The position numbers and the translations under genes were made by a program. The notes below the pieces were generated by a model, which was not told the origin of the DNA, did no database searches, and worked only from the letters and a program-made list of their open reading frames with translations. A stretch of DNA of 64,000 nt from Sandaracinaceae bacterium. GTDB lineage: Bacteria > Myxococcota_A > Polyangia > Polyangiales > Houyiibacteriaceae. Positions 47,272 to 57,116 of the stretch are shown piece after piece. The stretch spans positions 21,360 through 85,359 of the forward strand of contig JACKEI010000008.1 in NCBI GenBank assembly GCA_020633075.1. The letters run 5' to 3'. The stretch's first letter is position 1. Every line of letters begins with the position of its first letter.

Positions 47272-49176
47272 TCAGCGCCTCTTGCGCTTGGCCTTGGGAG
47301 GGGGCTTCGGCCGTGAGCGGGGCGCTCCCGCCGCCTTCTGGGCTGGCGCCGGGCGGGGCTGCATGCGGGCCACGTCCAGGTGCACCAAGCAGGACTTCAT
47401 GGTGGGGCCCCCGGGCGGGTCCGGGAAGTCCAGCGCGGGGGTGCAGTCCACCACACGGCCTTCGCGGCCAGCCTGGGTGAGGCCGTCCAGGATGTGCCGC
47501 CGGAACGCGCGCGGCGTCATGCGCCGGTCGTTGCTGCACAGGAGCAGCGTCCCGCCGCGCGCAGCGACGCCGGCCGAGAGCGCGGTCAGCTCCACCCAGT
47601 CGCTGCCGGAGGTCCAGCGGGTGCGCTTGGTCTTCGAGTACGTGGGCGGGTCCACCAGCACCAGGTCGAAGCGCGGCCCCTCCTTCTGGCGGCCGCGCAG
47701 CCAGGTGAACACGTCCGTTCGCACGAACTGGTGCGCGTCCGGCCGGCTCCTGAGCAGCGCGCGCACTTGCTCTTCCGCCCAGGTCAGCGCGGGGGCGGCC
47801 ACGTCCAGCGTGCAGGTCTCGGCCGCGCCGCCCGCCACCGCCGCCACCGTGAAGGGCCCCGTGTAGGCGAAGAGGTTCAGCACCGAGCGCCCGGCGGCCA
47901 GCTCACGCACGCGGCGTCGGTTGGCGCGCTGGTCCAGGAAGAGCCCCGTGCTCAGCCCGTCGGCCAGCCGCACGCGGTAGGGCACGCCCTCCTCGTGAAC
48001 CACCACCTCCGCAGCCTCCGTCGGCGCGCCGCGCGCGGGCAGCTCGGGGGCCAGCGCCTCGGTGCGGGTGTCGGCCAGCTCGTTGCTCTGCTTGGGGCGT
48101 CGCTTCAGGTACACGCCGCGCGCGCCCAGCTCGGCCAGCACGTCCAGCACGGTCTCCTCGTGCACACCCAGCGCTTCGTCGCGGAAGTGCACCAGCAGGT
48201 GCTCACCGTACACGTCCACGGCCAGCCCCGCAGCGCCGTCCCCCTCTTCATGGAGCAGACGAAAGGCCGTGGTCACCCCCCGCTCGTGGTCCTTGAACAG
48301 CCCGTAGCGCCGCGCCCCCGCGCGGCGAATGACGGCCCGCAGCGCGTCCGCGAACGGCCCCGGGGGCTGCGCCGGGTCCAGCCCCGGAAGCGCCAGCTCC
48401 GTGGGCAGCGCGGGGGCACGCAGGCGCAGGGGCTGCTGCGTGATGGGGTGCAGCAGCCGCAGCTCCTCGGCGTGCAGCATCAAGCGCGGGGCGGGCGGCC
48501 CGCCGTAGAGGGCGTCCCCCACCAGGGGCAGGCCACGCGCCGCGAGCTGCGCGCGGATCTGGTGCGTGCGCCCCGTCTCGATGCGCACGTCCACGAGCGC
48601 GTAGGCCCCCTCCACGCGCACGCGCCGCACGTTGGTGACGGCGCGCTGCCCCGCGGCGTCCCCCTTGCTCACTCCGGCGCGAACGACCATGCGCCCGTCG
48701 GGCCCCGGTGCGAGGGTGTCCTCCAGCCGCAGCGTCGCGGGGAGCTTGGCCAGGTCGCCGGCCACCCACGCCACGTAGCGCTTCTCCACGCGGCGCCCCT
48801 CGAACTGCTCGGCCAGGCCGGGGTTCGCGGCGCGCACCTTGCTGAACAGCAGCACGCCGGAGGTCTCTTGGTCCAGGCGCTGGTGGACGCCCAGGTAGGG
48901 CCGCCCGTCGCGCCCGAGCTCCATCTGCTCGGCCACGCGTCCCGGCGGCCGGTGTCCCCGCGCGTCGCCGTCCCCCGCCTGACCGTCGCCAACGCCGTCC
49001 GCCCCGCCGGCCCTCTCCGCCAGGTATTCGGACAGCCTGTGCCGGGCATCATCCGGCGCCTCCGGCCGAGCGCTCTGGCTGGGCATGCCAGCCAGCTTGT
49101 TCACGGCGATGAGCTGCGCGTCTTCGTACAGGATCCACGCGGGATCGAAGCGCGTGAAGGTGCGCGCGAGCCCCAC
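47272..49176 (-). CDS. Fusion protein: RluA-family pseudouridine synthase (N-terminal) + RlmI/RlmK-like SAM-dependent RNA methyltransferase (C-terminal)
   Basis: The N-terminal half has the catalytic HRLD motif (VHQRLDQETSGVLLFS), plus GRTHQIR and LHA. The C-terminal half has FRLLHEEGDG..GL.VD.YG, GLFLDQRANR, NLFAYTG and DPPTY. A basic tail PKPPPKAKRKRR ends the protein. It is a single uninterrupted 634-aa ORF. Confidence 0.85.
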   Translation of the reverse strand: MGLARTFTRFDPAWILYEDAQLIAVNKLAGMPSQSARPEAPDDARHRLSEYLAERAGGADGVGDGQAGDGDARGHRPPGRVAEQMELGRDGRPYLGVHQRLDQETSGVLLFSKVRAANPGLAEQFEGRRVEKRYVAWVAGDLAKLPATLRLEDTLAPGPDGRMVVRAGVSKGDAAGQRAVTNVRRVRVEGAYALVDVRIETGRTHQIRAQLAARGLPLVGDALYGGPPAPRLMLHAEELRLLHPITQQPLRLRAPALPTELALPGLDPAQPPGPFADALRAVIRRAGARRYGLFKDHERGVTTAFRLLHEEGDGAAGLAVDVYGEHLLVHFRDEALGVHEETVLDVLAELGARGVYLKRRPKQSNELADTRTEALAPELPARGAPTEAAEVVVHEEGVPYRVRLADGLSTGLFLDQRANRRRVRELAAGRSVLNLFAYTGPFTVAAVAGGAAETCTLDVAAPALTWAEEQVRALLRSRPDAHQFVRTDVFTWLRGRQKEGPRFDLVLVDPPTYSKTKRTRWTSGSDWVELTALSAGVAARGGTLLLCSNDRRMTPRAFRRHILDGLTQAGREGRVVDCTPALDFPDPPGGPTMKSCLVHLDVARMQPRPAPAQKAAGAPRSRPKPPPKAKRKRR

Positions 49177-49186
49177 GCGCCTCGCC

Positions 49187-51595
49187 TCAGCCAGCCTCGG
49201 CGCGCAGCGCCTCGGGCAGCAAGAGCGAGGGCGTGCCGCTGGACGTGACCCACAGCTGGTGCGCGGCGCGGGTGGCGGCGATGTGCAACAGGTGGCGCGC
49301 CTCGTCGTCCGCCGGGTAGGTCGTGGAGTTGCACTCCACCAGCACCACGTAGTCGAACTCCAGACCCTTCACCTGGCGCACGTCGGTGACGTCCACGCCG
49401 GGGCGGAAGGGGAAGTCCTGGTCCGCGATGCGCCGCAGGTTGGGCACCTCGCCGCGCCGCAGCCCGTCCGCGTACTCGTCCGCCTGCTCCGGGTAGCGCG
49501 TGATGACCGCCACCGACGCGAGTGGCTCCGCCAGCACCAGGTTGCGCAGCGCCTCCGACAGGAAGCCCACCGCCTCACCGCTGCTGCCGAAGCGGAACAG
49601 CTCCACCGGCGCGCCGTTGCGCGTGGCCTGCCCCGTCACCTCGTTGCGCAGGTGCCCCAGGATCTCCGTGGAGAACTCGATGATGGGCGCGGTGGAGCGG
49701 TAGCTCAGCTTGAGCGGCTCAATCTCCACATGCGACAGCCCCAGCTGGCCCAGCACGGTGCGCCAGTCGGTGAAGCCGTTGTCCATGTGCAGGCGCTGCG
49801 CCACGTCACCCGCGAACGTGATGCTCTTCTCGCCCGCGTAGCCCGCCACCGTGTCCAGCACCACGGACATCTCGACCGGGCTCAGGTCCTGCGCCTCGTC
49901 CACGAAGGCGTGCTCGTACACCAGCGCTTGCCGCTTCTTGGCGCGCAGCGGCCCCACCAGCCGCTGGTAGGCGTGCAGCAGCAGGGCGTCGTCCTCGCGG
50001 TCCAGCAGCGTGGTCTCCTTCTCCATCGCGCCGTCGATGCCGCGGTCGTGGTCGAGGGCCTCCTCGGGGGCCCCCTCCTCGTCGCGCTCCCGGTCCATGC
50101 GCTCCTCGCGGTAGCTGACGATGTCGCTGCAGCGTCGCGTGCAGTACGCGTGGCACCAGCTCAGCTCCGCATCGGAGAGCCCCGCCGTCTCGTCCTGATG
50201 GAACGCGTCGCGGATGAGGTTCGGGTCGGTGAGCACGTCAGCCCACAGCGCCACCACGTCGCCCGCGCGCTCCACCTCGTTGGCGATGCTGCGCACCAGC
50301 TCCAGGCGCCCGCTGGCGTTGACCATGCGGGACTCCCCCTCGGTGTCCTCGAGCCAGCTGGTGAGCATGCGCAGCCGTGTGATGATGGGCCGGCTCTCGG
50401 TCTCTGCGAAGGCGCGCAACACCCGGGCGCCGCCCTCGTAGCGCTTGGCGATGTCCACCACGCGGGCCGCCATCGCGGCAGCCATCTGGTCGATGCGCTC
50501 GTCGAAGACCTGCTTCAGCCGCGGGTGCTTCTTGAAGCGGATCACGTGCGCCGGCGTGTCGTCGGCCACACCGAGGGGCAGGTGCGGGAAGTGGCGGCGG
50601 CGCGCCTTCTCGGCCCAGCGCTCGTACGTGACCACCTGCACGCCCTCTGCCCCGAGGGACGGGAGCACGCGCGAGATGTAGCGCACCAGCGCGTCGTTGA
50701 AGACCACCACCAGCATGGCGTCCGGGGTGAAGCGCTGCTTGTCCTGAAAGGCCAGGTACGCCAGGCGGTGCAGGCCGATGGTGGTCTTGCCGCTGCCGGC
50801 GCCCCCCTGGATGACCACCACGCCCGAGGTCGGACGGCTGATCAGGTCGAACTGCCGCGGGTCGATCAGCGCGGTGATCTCGGAGAGGCTCTTGTCCTCG
50901 CGCGTGTCCGCGTCGCCCACGCCGAGCGTGCCGGGCTTGTGATACGACTCCGGCCGCATGGCGGCGCCCTGCCCTCCCGACAACGCCACGGCGCTCTGGC
51001 CCAGCCGCCGCCAGCTGCCGTCCGCGCGCAGCTGAAAGCTCCCCTGCGGCGAGCCCACGCGCTTGAGCTTGCCGTCCGAGATCCCGAGCGTGCGGCGCAG
51101 CAAGACCTCGCCCAGAACGTCGCGGTCCCCGAAGGTCTCTTCGTAGTCGTCGCCCTCTTCGTAGCGGTAGTAGATGCGGCTGACCGGCGCGTCCCGCCAG
51201 TCCACGATGCGGATGCCGGTCTTGGGGTCCAGGAAGGTGGCGCGCCCGATCAGCACCTCGCGGCGCTTCTCGTCTTCCTCGAGCACCAAGCGACCGAAGT
51301 AGGGCGAGCGCTTGTCGATCTGCCCCTCGCTGACCTGCGCGCGGCGCACGGCCACCTGCTGCAGGCGCTCCATCTCCTCCACCAGCGGGGGGATGTCCTC
51401 CAAGCGGGCGTCGCGGATCTGGTCGCGCAGGGCCACCAGGTCGGCGTCGTAGTCCGCCTGGCTCGTGGCACGGCGGGGGCCCTCTTCACGACCGGCCACC
51501 GTCCGCAACACGCGGGCGAGCACCTTCTGCTCCTCATCGACGATCTGATCGCGCTCGAGGTCCGATTCGGTCGCGGGTGAGGGAGGAGTCGTCAT
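49187..51595 (-). CDS. UvrD/Rep-superfamily helicase, HelD (helicase IV)-like
   Basis: The N-terminal HelD-type region is SPYFGRLVLEED...LIGRATF...IVDWRDAPVSRIYY. The Walker A is IQGGAGSGKTTIGLHRLAYL. Motifs FVDEAQD and the C-terminal HIAATRAAHQLWV are also present. The start is the ATG at 51595 (MTTPPSP); the 1127-aa ORF-track entry is a read-through. Confidence 0.8.
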   Translation of the reverse strand: MTTPPSPATESDLERDQIVDEEQKVLARVLRTVAGREEGPRRATSQADYDADLVALRDQIRDARLEDIPPLVEEMERLQQVAVRRAQVSEGQIDKRSPYFGRLVLEEDEKRREVLIGRATFLDPKTGIRIVDWRDAPVSRIYYRYEEGDDYEETFGDRDVLGEVLLRRTLGISDGKLKRVGSPQGSFQLRADGSWRRLGQSAVALSGGQGAAMRPESYHKPGTLGVGDADTREDKSLSEITALIDPRQFDLISRPTSGVVVIQGGAGSGKTTIGLHRLAYLAFQDKQRFTPDAMLVVVFNDALVRYISRVLPSLGAEGVQVVTYERWAEKARRRHFPHLPLGVADDTPAHVIRFKKHPRLKQVFDERIDQMAAAMAARVVDIAKRYEGGARVLRAFAETESRPIITRLRMLTSWLEDTEGESRMVNASGRLELVRSIANEVERAGDVVALWADVLTDPNLIRDAFHQDETAGLSDAELSWCHAYCTRRCSDIVSYREERMDRERDEEGAPEEALDHDRGIDGAMEKETTLLDREDDALLLHAYQRLVGPLRAKKRQALVYEHAFVDEAQDLSPVEMSVVLDTVAGYAGEKSITFAGDVAQRLHMDNGFTDWRTVLGQLGLSHVEIEPLKLSYRSTAPIIEFSTEILGHLRNEVTGQATRNGAPVELFRFGSSGEAVGFLSEALRNLVLAEPLASVAVITRYPEQADEYADGLRRGEVPNLRRIADQDFPFRPGVDVTDVRQVKGLEFDYVVLVECNSTTYPADDEARHLLHIAATRAAHQLWVTSSGTPSLLLPEALRAEAG

Positions 51596-51832
51596 GGGCG
51601 GGCCGAGGGGCAGGGGTTGGAGCGGAACGCAGGGTCGGACGGAGTAGCACGGTTCAGGGGTCGATCCAGCTGCTGACAAGCGCGAGCCTGGCCGCGGGGT
51701 CCAGGGATGCCTGTGCAAGGGTGCACGATGTGGGTGCAGGAACGAAACGTCGCACTGTCCATGCATGGGAGCGCGCGGACCCGCGATAAGAGAATCATTG
51801 AGTTTTGCGGCCGTCCCCCACCTGGCGCGGGG

Positions 51833-51849
51833 TGGCACGCGCGTCGCAT
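51833..51849 (+). promoter_or_regulatory. Near-consensus sigma-54 (-24/-12) promoter
   Basis: The sequence is TGGCACG-CGCG-TCGCAT. The consensus is TGGCACG-N4-TTGCW. The GG-to-GC spacing is exact and there is one mismatch. The GC dinucleotide lies 34 nt upstream of the GTG start at 51881, and a GGAAGCAAGGA Shine-Dalgarno region sits between them. Confidence 0.55.
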
Positions 51850-51880
51850 AAGGGCAGGCGCGAAGGAAGCAAGGAATCAC

Positions 51881-52666
51881 GTGCAAGCATCGGGAGTCAC
51901 CCACATCGGTCGCCGGCCGAACAACGAAGACAGCTACCGCATCGAGCCGGAGCTGGGGCTGTTCCTGGTAGCGGACGGGATGGGCGGGTACGAGGGCGGC
52001 GAGATCGCGAGCCGCCTGGTGGTGGACACGCTCGCCGAGTTCTTCGCGCGCCAGAGCGACCCGGACCTCGACCTCGGAACGCACGCGGCCACCGGCAGCA
52101 TCCGCGCCGACCTGCCCGGCGTTCTGCAGGACGCGGAGGGCGCCGACCTCTCCCTGGCCGAGCAGCGCATGGCGCTGGCCATCCGGATGGCGCACCGCGA
52201 GGTGCAGCAGGAGGCGCAGGGGCGCCTGCGCGAGATGGGCTCCACGCTGGCCGCCCTGCACGTGCACGACGGCAAGGTGCTCATCGCCCATGTCGGCGAC
52301 AGCCGCGTGTACCGCATCCGCAACGGCCACATCGAGCAGATGACACGCGACCACTCGCTCACGGCCGACCTCGAAGCGGCCGGCTGCGAGAACATGCTGG
52401 CGCACCTGCCTCCGCACTACCGTCACATGGTCACGCGCTGCATCGCCGCCAACGCCAACGCCCAGCCGGACTTCCGCGTGATGGACTCGCTCCCGGGCGA
52501 CACCTACGTGCTGTGCAGCGACGGCGTGCACGACGTGCTGGGCCGGGACGCGATCTTGGACGCCGTGCACGACGCGGGCTGCGACGAGGCCAGCGAGCGC
52601 GTGGTGGCCCGTGCGTTCGCCGAGGGCACGCAGGACAACATCACGGTCGTGGTGGTCCGCTTCTGA
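51881..52666 (+). CDS. PP2C-family Ser/Thr protein phosphatase
   Basis: Motifs THIGRRPNNEDSY, FLVADGMGGYEGGE, AHVGDSRVY, LCSDGV and DNITVVVV are present. I chose the GTG at 51881, preceded by AAGGAA 7 nt upstream. This fits the usual N-terminal distance to the xxGxRxxNED motif. Confidence 0.85.
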   Translation: MQASGVTHIGRRPNNEDSYRIEPELGLFLVADGMGGYEGGEIASRLVVDTLAEFFARQSDPDLDLGTHAATGSIRADLPGVLQDAEGADLSLAEQRMALAIRMAHREVQQEAQGRLREMGSTLAALHVHDGKVLIAHVGDSRVYRIRNGHIEQMTRDHSLTADLEAAGCENMLAHLPPHYRHMVTRCIAANANAQPDFRVMDSLPGDTYVLCSDGVHDVLGRDAILDAVHDAGCDEASERVVARAFAEGTQDNITVVVVRF

Positions 52667-52687
52667 AGAGCGCCGCCAGGCAGCGCT

Positions 52688-54016
52688 TCATTCGCCGCGC
52701 GGCAGCGTCTTCAGGAACACCTTGCTGCCGCGGCCTGGGTCCACCTTGGCGCGCTTCAGCGCGGGCAGATCGCTGCGCCGACCAGGCACGAAGCCGCGCT
52801 CGATGAACCAGTGCGCCGTCTGCGTGGTGAGCACGAAGACGCGCGTCAGGCCTCGGTCTCGGCAGCGCTTTTCCACGAAGGCCAAGAGCTCTTCGCCGCG
52901 CCCGGTGTGCCGGTACTCCTCGGCCACCACGACGCAGGCCAGCTCGGCCATCTTCTTCTCCGGGTACGGATAGAGGGCCGCGCAGGCGACGATCATTCCG
53001 TCGCGCTCGATGACCGTGAAGTGGTCGATGTCGTCCTCGAGCATCTCGCGCGAGCGCCGGATCAGCACCCCGCGCTCCTCGAGCGGCTCGATCAGCGCGT
53101 GGATGCCGCCCACGTCGGCGCGGCGGGCCTGGCGCACGTCCTCGAAGGCCTCCCCAGTCACCAGGGTGCCCACGCCGTCACGCGTGAAGAGCTCACGCAG
53201 CAGCGCCCCGTCGGCCGCGCGCTCCACCAGGTGACCGCGACGCACGCCGCGCCGCACCGCCGTCGCCGCCGCCTCGAGGTGCCGGCGCACGTCGCGCCCC
53301 AGCCGCCGCCCGCTGGCCACTAGCTTCTCGGCGTCGGACGGCGTGATCTCGTGCAGCGGGGAGCCGCGCCCGTCGGTCAGGGGCCGCCCCTCGATCAGGC
53401 AGATGATCTTGTCCGCCTTGAGCGCCACCGCCGCCGCCGAGGCCACGTCGGGGGTGCCCACGTTGAACGCGTCGCCCGTCAGCGAGTAGCCGATGCTGCT
53501 CAGGAGCACGACCGCCCCGTCGTCCAGGCGCTGCCCGATGGCCTCGGCGTCGATCTTGCGCACCAGGCCGCTGTGCTCGTAGTCCACGCCGTCGATGACG
53601 CCCACCGGCCGCGCCGTGACGAAGTTCCCGGACGCCACGCGCACGCGCGCCCCCGCCATGGGCGAGTTGGGCAAGCTGGTGGAGAACAGCGCCTCCAGCT
53701 CCACGTGGATGGTGCCGGCCGCCTCCTTCACGCAGGCGAGCGCCGTGTCGTCCGTGACGCGCATGCCCGCCACGTAGCGCGGCTCCGTCCCGCGCCGGGC
53801 CAGCGCGGCGTCGATCTGCGGGCGCGCGCCCGCCACCAACACCACGCGCACGCCCAGGCTCTGCAGCAGCGCCACGTCATGGATGAAGTCCCGTGCACCG
53901 CGCGACTGCAGCAGCTCACCCCCGAAGAGGATGACGAAGGTGCGGCCACGGTGCGCGTGGATGTAGGGCGCCGACGACCGGAACCACTGAACGAAGGGGT
54001 CGCTCGAGGCAGGCAT
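52688..54016 (-). CDS. argA: Amino-acid N-acetyltransferase (N-acetylglutamate synthase), kinase-like + GNAT domains
   Basis: Collinear with E. coli ArgA as I recall it: F..S.PYI..HRG.TFVI..GGE, GARPQID, SGNF..A.P.GV.DGVDY.HSG, VRR.HL......DGALL.ELF.RDG.GT, R.SRE.LE..ID.F..I.RD....ACAALYP. Confidence 0.9.
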   Translation of the reverse strand: MPASSDPFVQWFRSSAPYIHAHRGRTFVILFGGELLQSRGARDFIHDVALLQSLGVRVVLVAGARPQIDAALARRGTEPRYVAGMRVTDDTALACVKEAAGTIHVELEALFSTSLPNSPMAGARVRVASGNFVTARPVGVIDGVDYEHSGLVRKIDAEAIGQRLDDGAVVLLSSIGYSLTGDAFNVGTPDVASAAAVALKADKIICLIEGRPLTDGRGSPLHEITPSDAEKLVASGRRLGRDVRRHLEAAATAVRRGVRRGHLVERAADGALLRELFTRDGVGTLVTGEAFEDVRQARRADVGGIHALIEPLEERGVLIRRSREMLEDDIDHFTVIERDGMIVACAALYPYPEKKMAELACVVVAEEYRHTGRGEELLAFVEKRCRDRGLTRVFVLTTQTAHWFIERGFVPGRRSDLPALKRAKVDPGRGSKVFLKTLPRGE

Positions 54017-54037
54017 GCCGCGACTCTATCAGGCCGA

Positions 54038-55516
<1,479 letters not shown>

Positions 55517-55544
55517 TCACTCCGTCGCGTTGGTAAGGCGCCGG

Positions 55545-55550
55545 AGTATA
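55545..55550 (-). promoter_or_regulatory. Candidate -10 hexamer TATACT upstream of guaB
   Basis: TATACT on the minus strand lies 35 nt upstream of the GTG start, with a GGAG about 10 nt before the start codon. There is no convincing -35. Confidence 0.25.
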
Positions 55551-55569
55551 CCCGGGATCGGGGGCGACG

Positions 55570-56730
55570 CTACGGGAGCCCCCCCGGCAGGATGCTGATG
55601 GGCGCGAGGCGCACGGCGCAGCGCGGGGCGTCGCCCGATACGTCGCAGTAGCCCATGAAGCCGGGCAAGTTGACGACGCAGGGGTCCACCCCCCCCACGC
55701 AGGTGTTGCCGAGGCAGATCGCCGGCGCGCAGGGGCTGCCGAAGTCCGCGCAGTTGTCGGGGCACCCCTCCGAGTAGTCGCAGTAGCCGGTGTCGACGTC
55801 GCAGACGCCTCCGTCCAAGCAGGGGAGCACCTGCACGCCGTCTTCGCAGCCTGTGGGAAGGCAGACGGGCGCGGTGCACTCCGTGTCGGTCGCGATGCTG
55901 CGACACACGCTGTCGCTCAGCTGTCGAACGCAGCCGGAGCCGTCGTCGCTGACGTTGGGATCTTCGGGCGCGCAGCGTTCGAGTGTGCACAGCACGCCGT
56001 CGTCACAGATGGCGTCCACGTTGCGCTTCATGCAGGTGCCGGTGCGCGTCTGCGTGTTGAGGACGCACGTGTTCTCCGTGCATTCGATGCCGTCCTCGCA
56101 GAGCTCGTCGTACGGGACGGGTGTGCCGCACATGCCGTTGGGCATGCACTCGGAGATGGCGCAGCTGGGGTTGGCCGTGCTGTTGCACCGGCGGCTGTCG
56201 GGCACGTACACGCACGCCCCGTTGGCGCATCCGCCGATCAGACACTGGCCGATTTGGTCGGCGCAGACGACGGCCGGGCCGCGCACACACATCTCGTCCA
56301 CGCACGAGAAGAGGCCTCCGCAGTCCGGTGGACCGCAGTCCCGCGCGGTGCTGCAGCTGCGCTGCTGGCAGCCCTCCCCGGCAACACACAGGCCCGTGTC
56401 GCAGGCGCTGTCGTCGGGAGTATAGCGGCAGCCGAGGACGGGGTGGCACTCGTCCACCGTGCAGTCCACGCCGTCGTCGCAGTTCATGATGGCGTCCGTG
56501 CTGACGCAGGCGTGGTCCACGCAGAGCTCGGCGCCGTTGCAGACGTTCCCGTCATCGCACTGGATGTCGTCCACGCAGCCGTTGACGCCGGTGTCGTTGC
56601 CTCCCGTGCCGGCGTCGCTGCCGCTCCCCTCGCGGGTCTGAGTGTCCAAGACCAGCCCGCAGCCTGAGGCCAAAATGGCACAGACAGAGGCAACCCACAT
56701 CCAAGTAAAGCGGTTCACAGCACCTTCCAT
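55570..56730 (-). CDS. Extremely Cys-rich putative lipoprotein
   Basis: The lipobox is MEGAVNRFTWMWVASVCAILASGC. The mature part has roughly one Cys every 6 residues, with recurring CDDG..C(N/T)..E.C-type units (CDDGNVCNGAELC, CDDGVDCTVDEC, CEDGIECTENTC, CDDGVLCTLERC). I chose the ATG at 56730; the ORF-track start at 56757 is TTG. Confidence 0.7.
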   Translation of the reverse strand: MEGAVNRFTWMWVASVCAILASGCGLVLDTQTREGSGSDAGTGGNDTGVNGCVDDIQCDDGNVCNGAELCVDHACVSTDAIMNCDDGVDCTVDECHPVLGCRYTPDDSACDTGLCVAGEGCQQRSCSTARDCGPPDCGGLFSCVDEMCVRGPAVVCADQIGQCLIGGCANGACVYVPDSRRCNSTANPSCAISECMPNGMCGTPVPYDELCEDGIECTENTCVLNTQTRTGTCMKRNVDAICDDGVLCTLERCAPEDPNVSDDGSGCVRQLSDSVCRSIATDTECTAPVCLPTGCEDGVQVLPCLDGGVCDVDTGYCDYSEGCPDNCADFGSPCAPAICLGNTCVGGVDPCVVNLPGFMGYCDVSGDAPRCAVRLAPISILPGGLP

Positions 56731-56776
56731 AATGCCGCTGTGGCGGGTCAACGCCAAGTGGGTGCCCCAAAATTGC

Positions 56777-57103
56777 TCAGTAGGCCTTCGGCAGCTTCGA
56801 CGTGTCCATGTGGTCGAGGGCGAAGCGAATCAGGCCGCTGCGGCTCATCTTGGTGTGCCCGGAGGCCTTCAGACGGGCCACCTCGGCGTCCAGGCGGCTC
56901 AGGTCGTCGCGGTACATGGAGATGCAGAGCACCTCGTAGTGCGTGGGCTTGGGCTTGGCCTTGCGCTTGGCCTTCACCAGCGGCTTCTGGACCGGCTTGG
57001 GGACTGCGGCGGGGCTGGGCTTGTAGAACGCCTCGCGGAGTACCTCGCGGACCTCGTCGCCCTCGAAGAGTTCGTCCATCGCGCGTGCCGGTTCGTTGCT
57101 CAT
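56777..57103 (-). CDS. Small basic-tailed ribbon-helix-helix-like DNA-binding protein (ParG-like partner of the upstream ATPase)
   Basis: 108 aa counted from the ATG at 57103, which is preceded by GAAGGAGAA. It starts 13 bp after the ATPase stop. An acidic N-terminus and a Lys/Pro tract (KPVQKPLVKAKRKAKPKP) are followed by an RHH pattern: beta strand VLCISMY, helix DDLSRLDAEVARLKASG, helix SRSGLIRFALDHM. Confidence 0.6.
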   Translation of the reverse strand: MSNEPARAMDELFEGDEVREVLREAFYKPSPAAVPKPVQKPLVKAKRKAKPKPTHYEVLCISMYRDDLSRLDAEVARLKASGHTKMSRSGLIRFALDHMDTSKLPKAY

Positions 57104-57116
57104 TCTGTTCTCCTTC

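Noticed and set aside
43559-51595. The SNF2 and UvrD-like helicases interpreted as an anti-phage defence island (DISARM/Druantia/Zorya-like).
   Set aside because: The required partner genes are absent, the flanking genes are housekeeping, and the middle gene is an RNA-modification enzyme.
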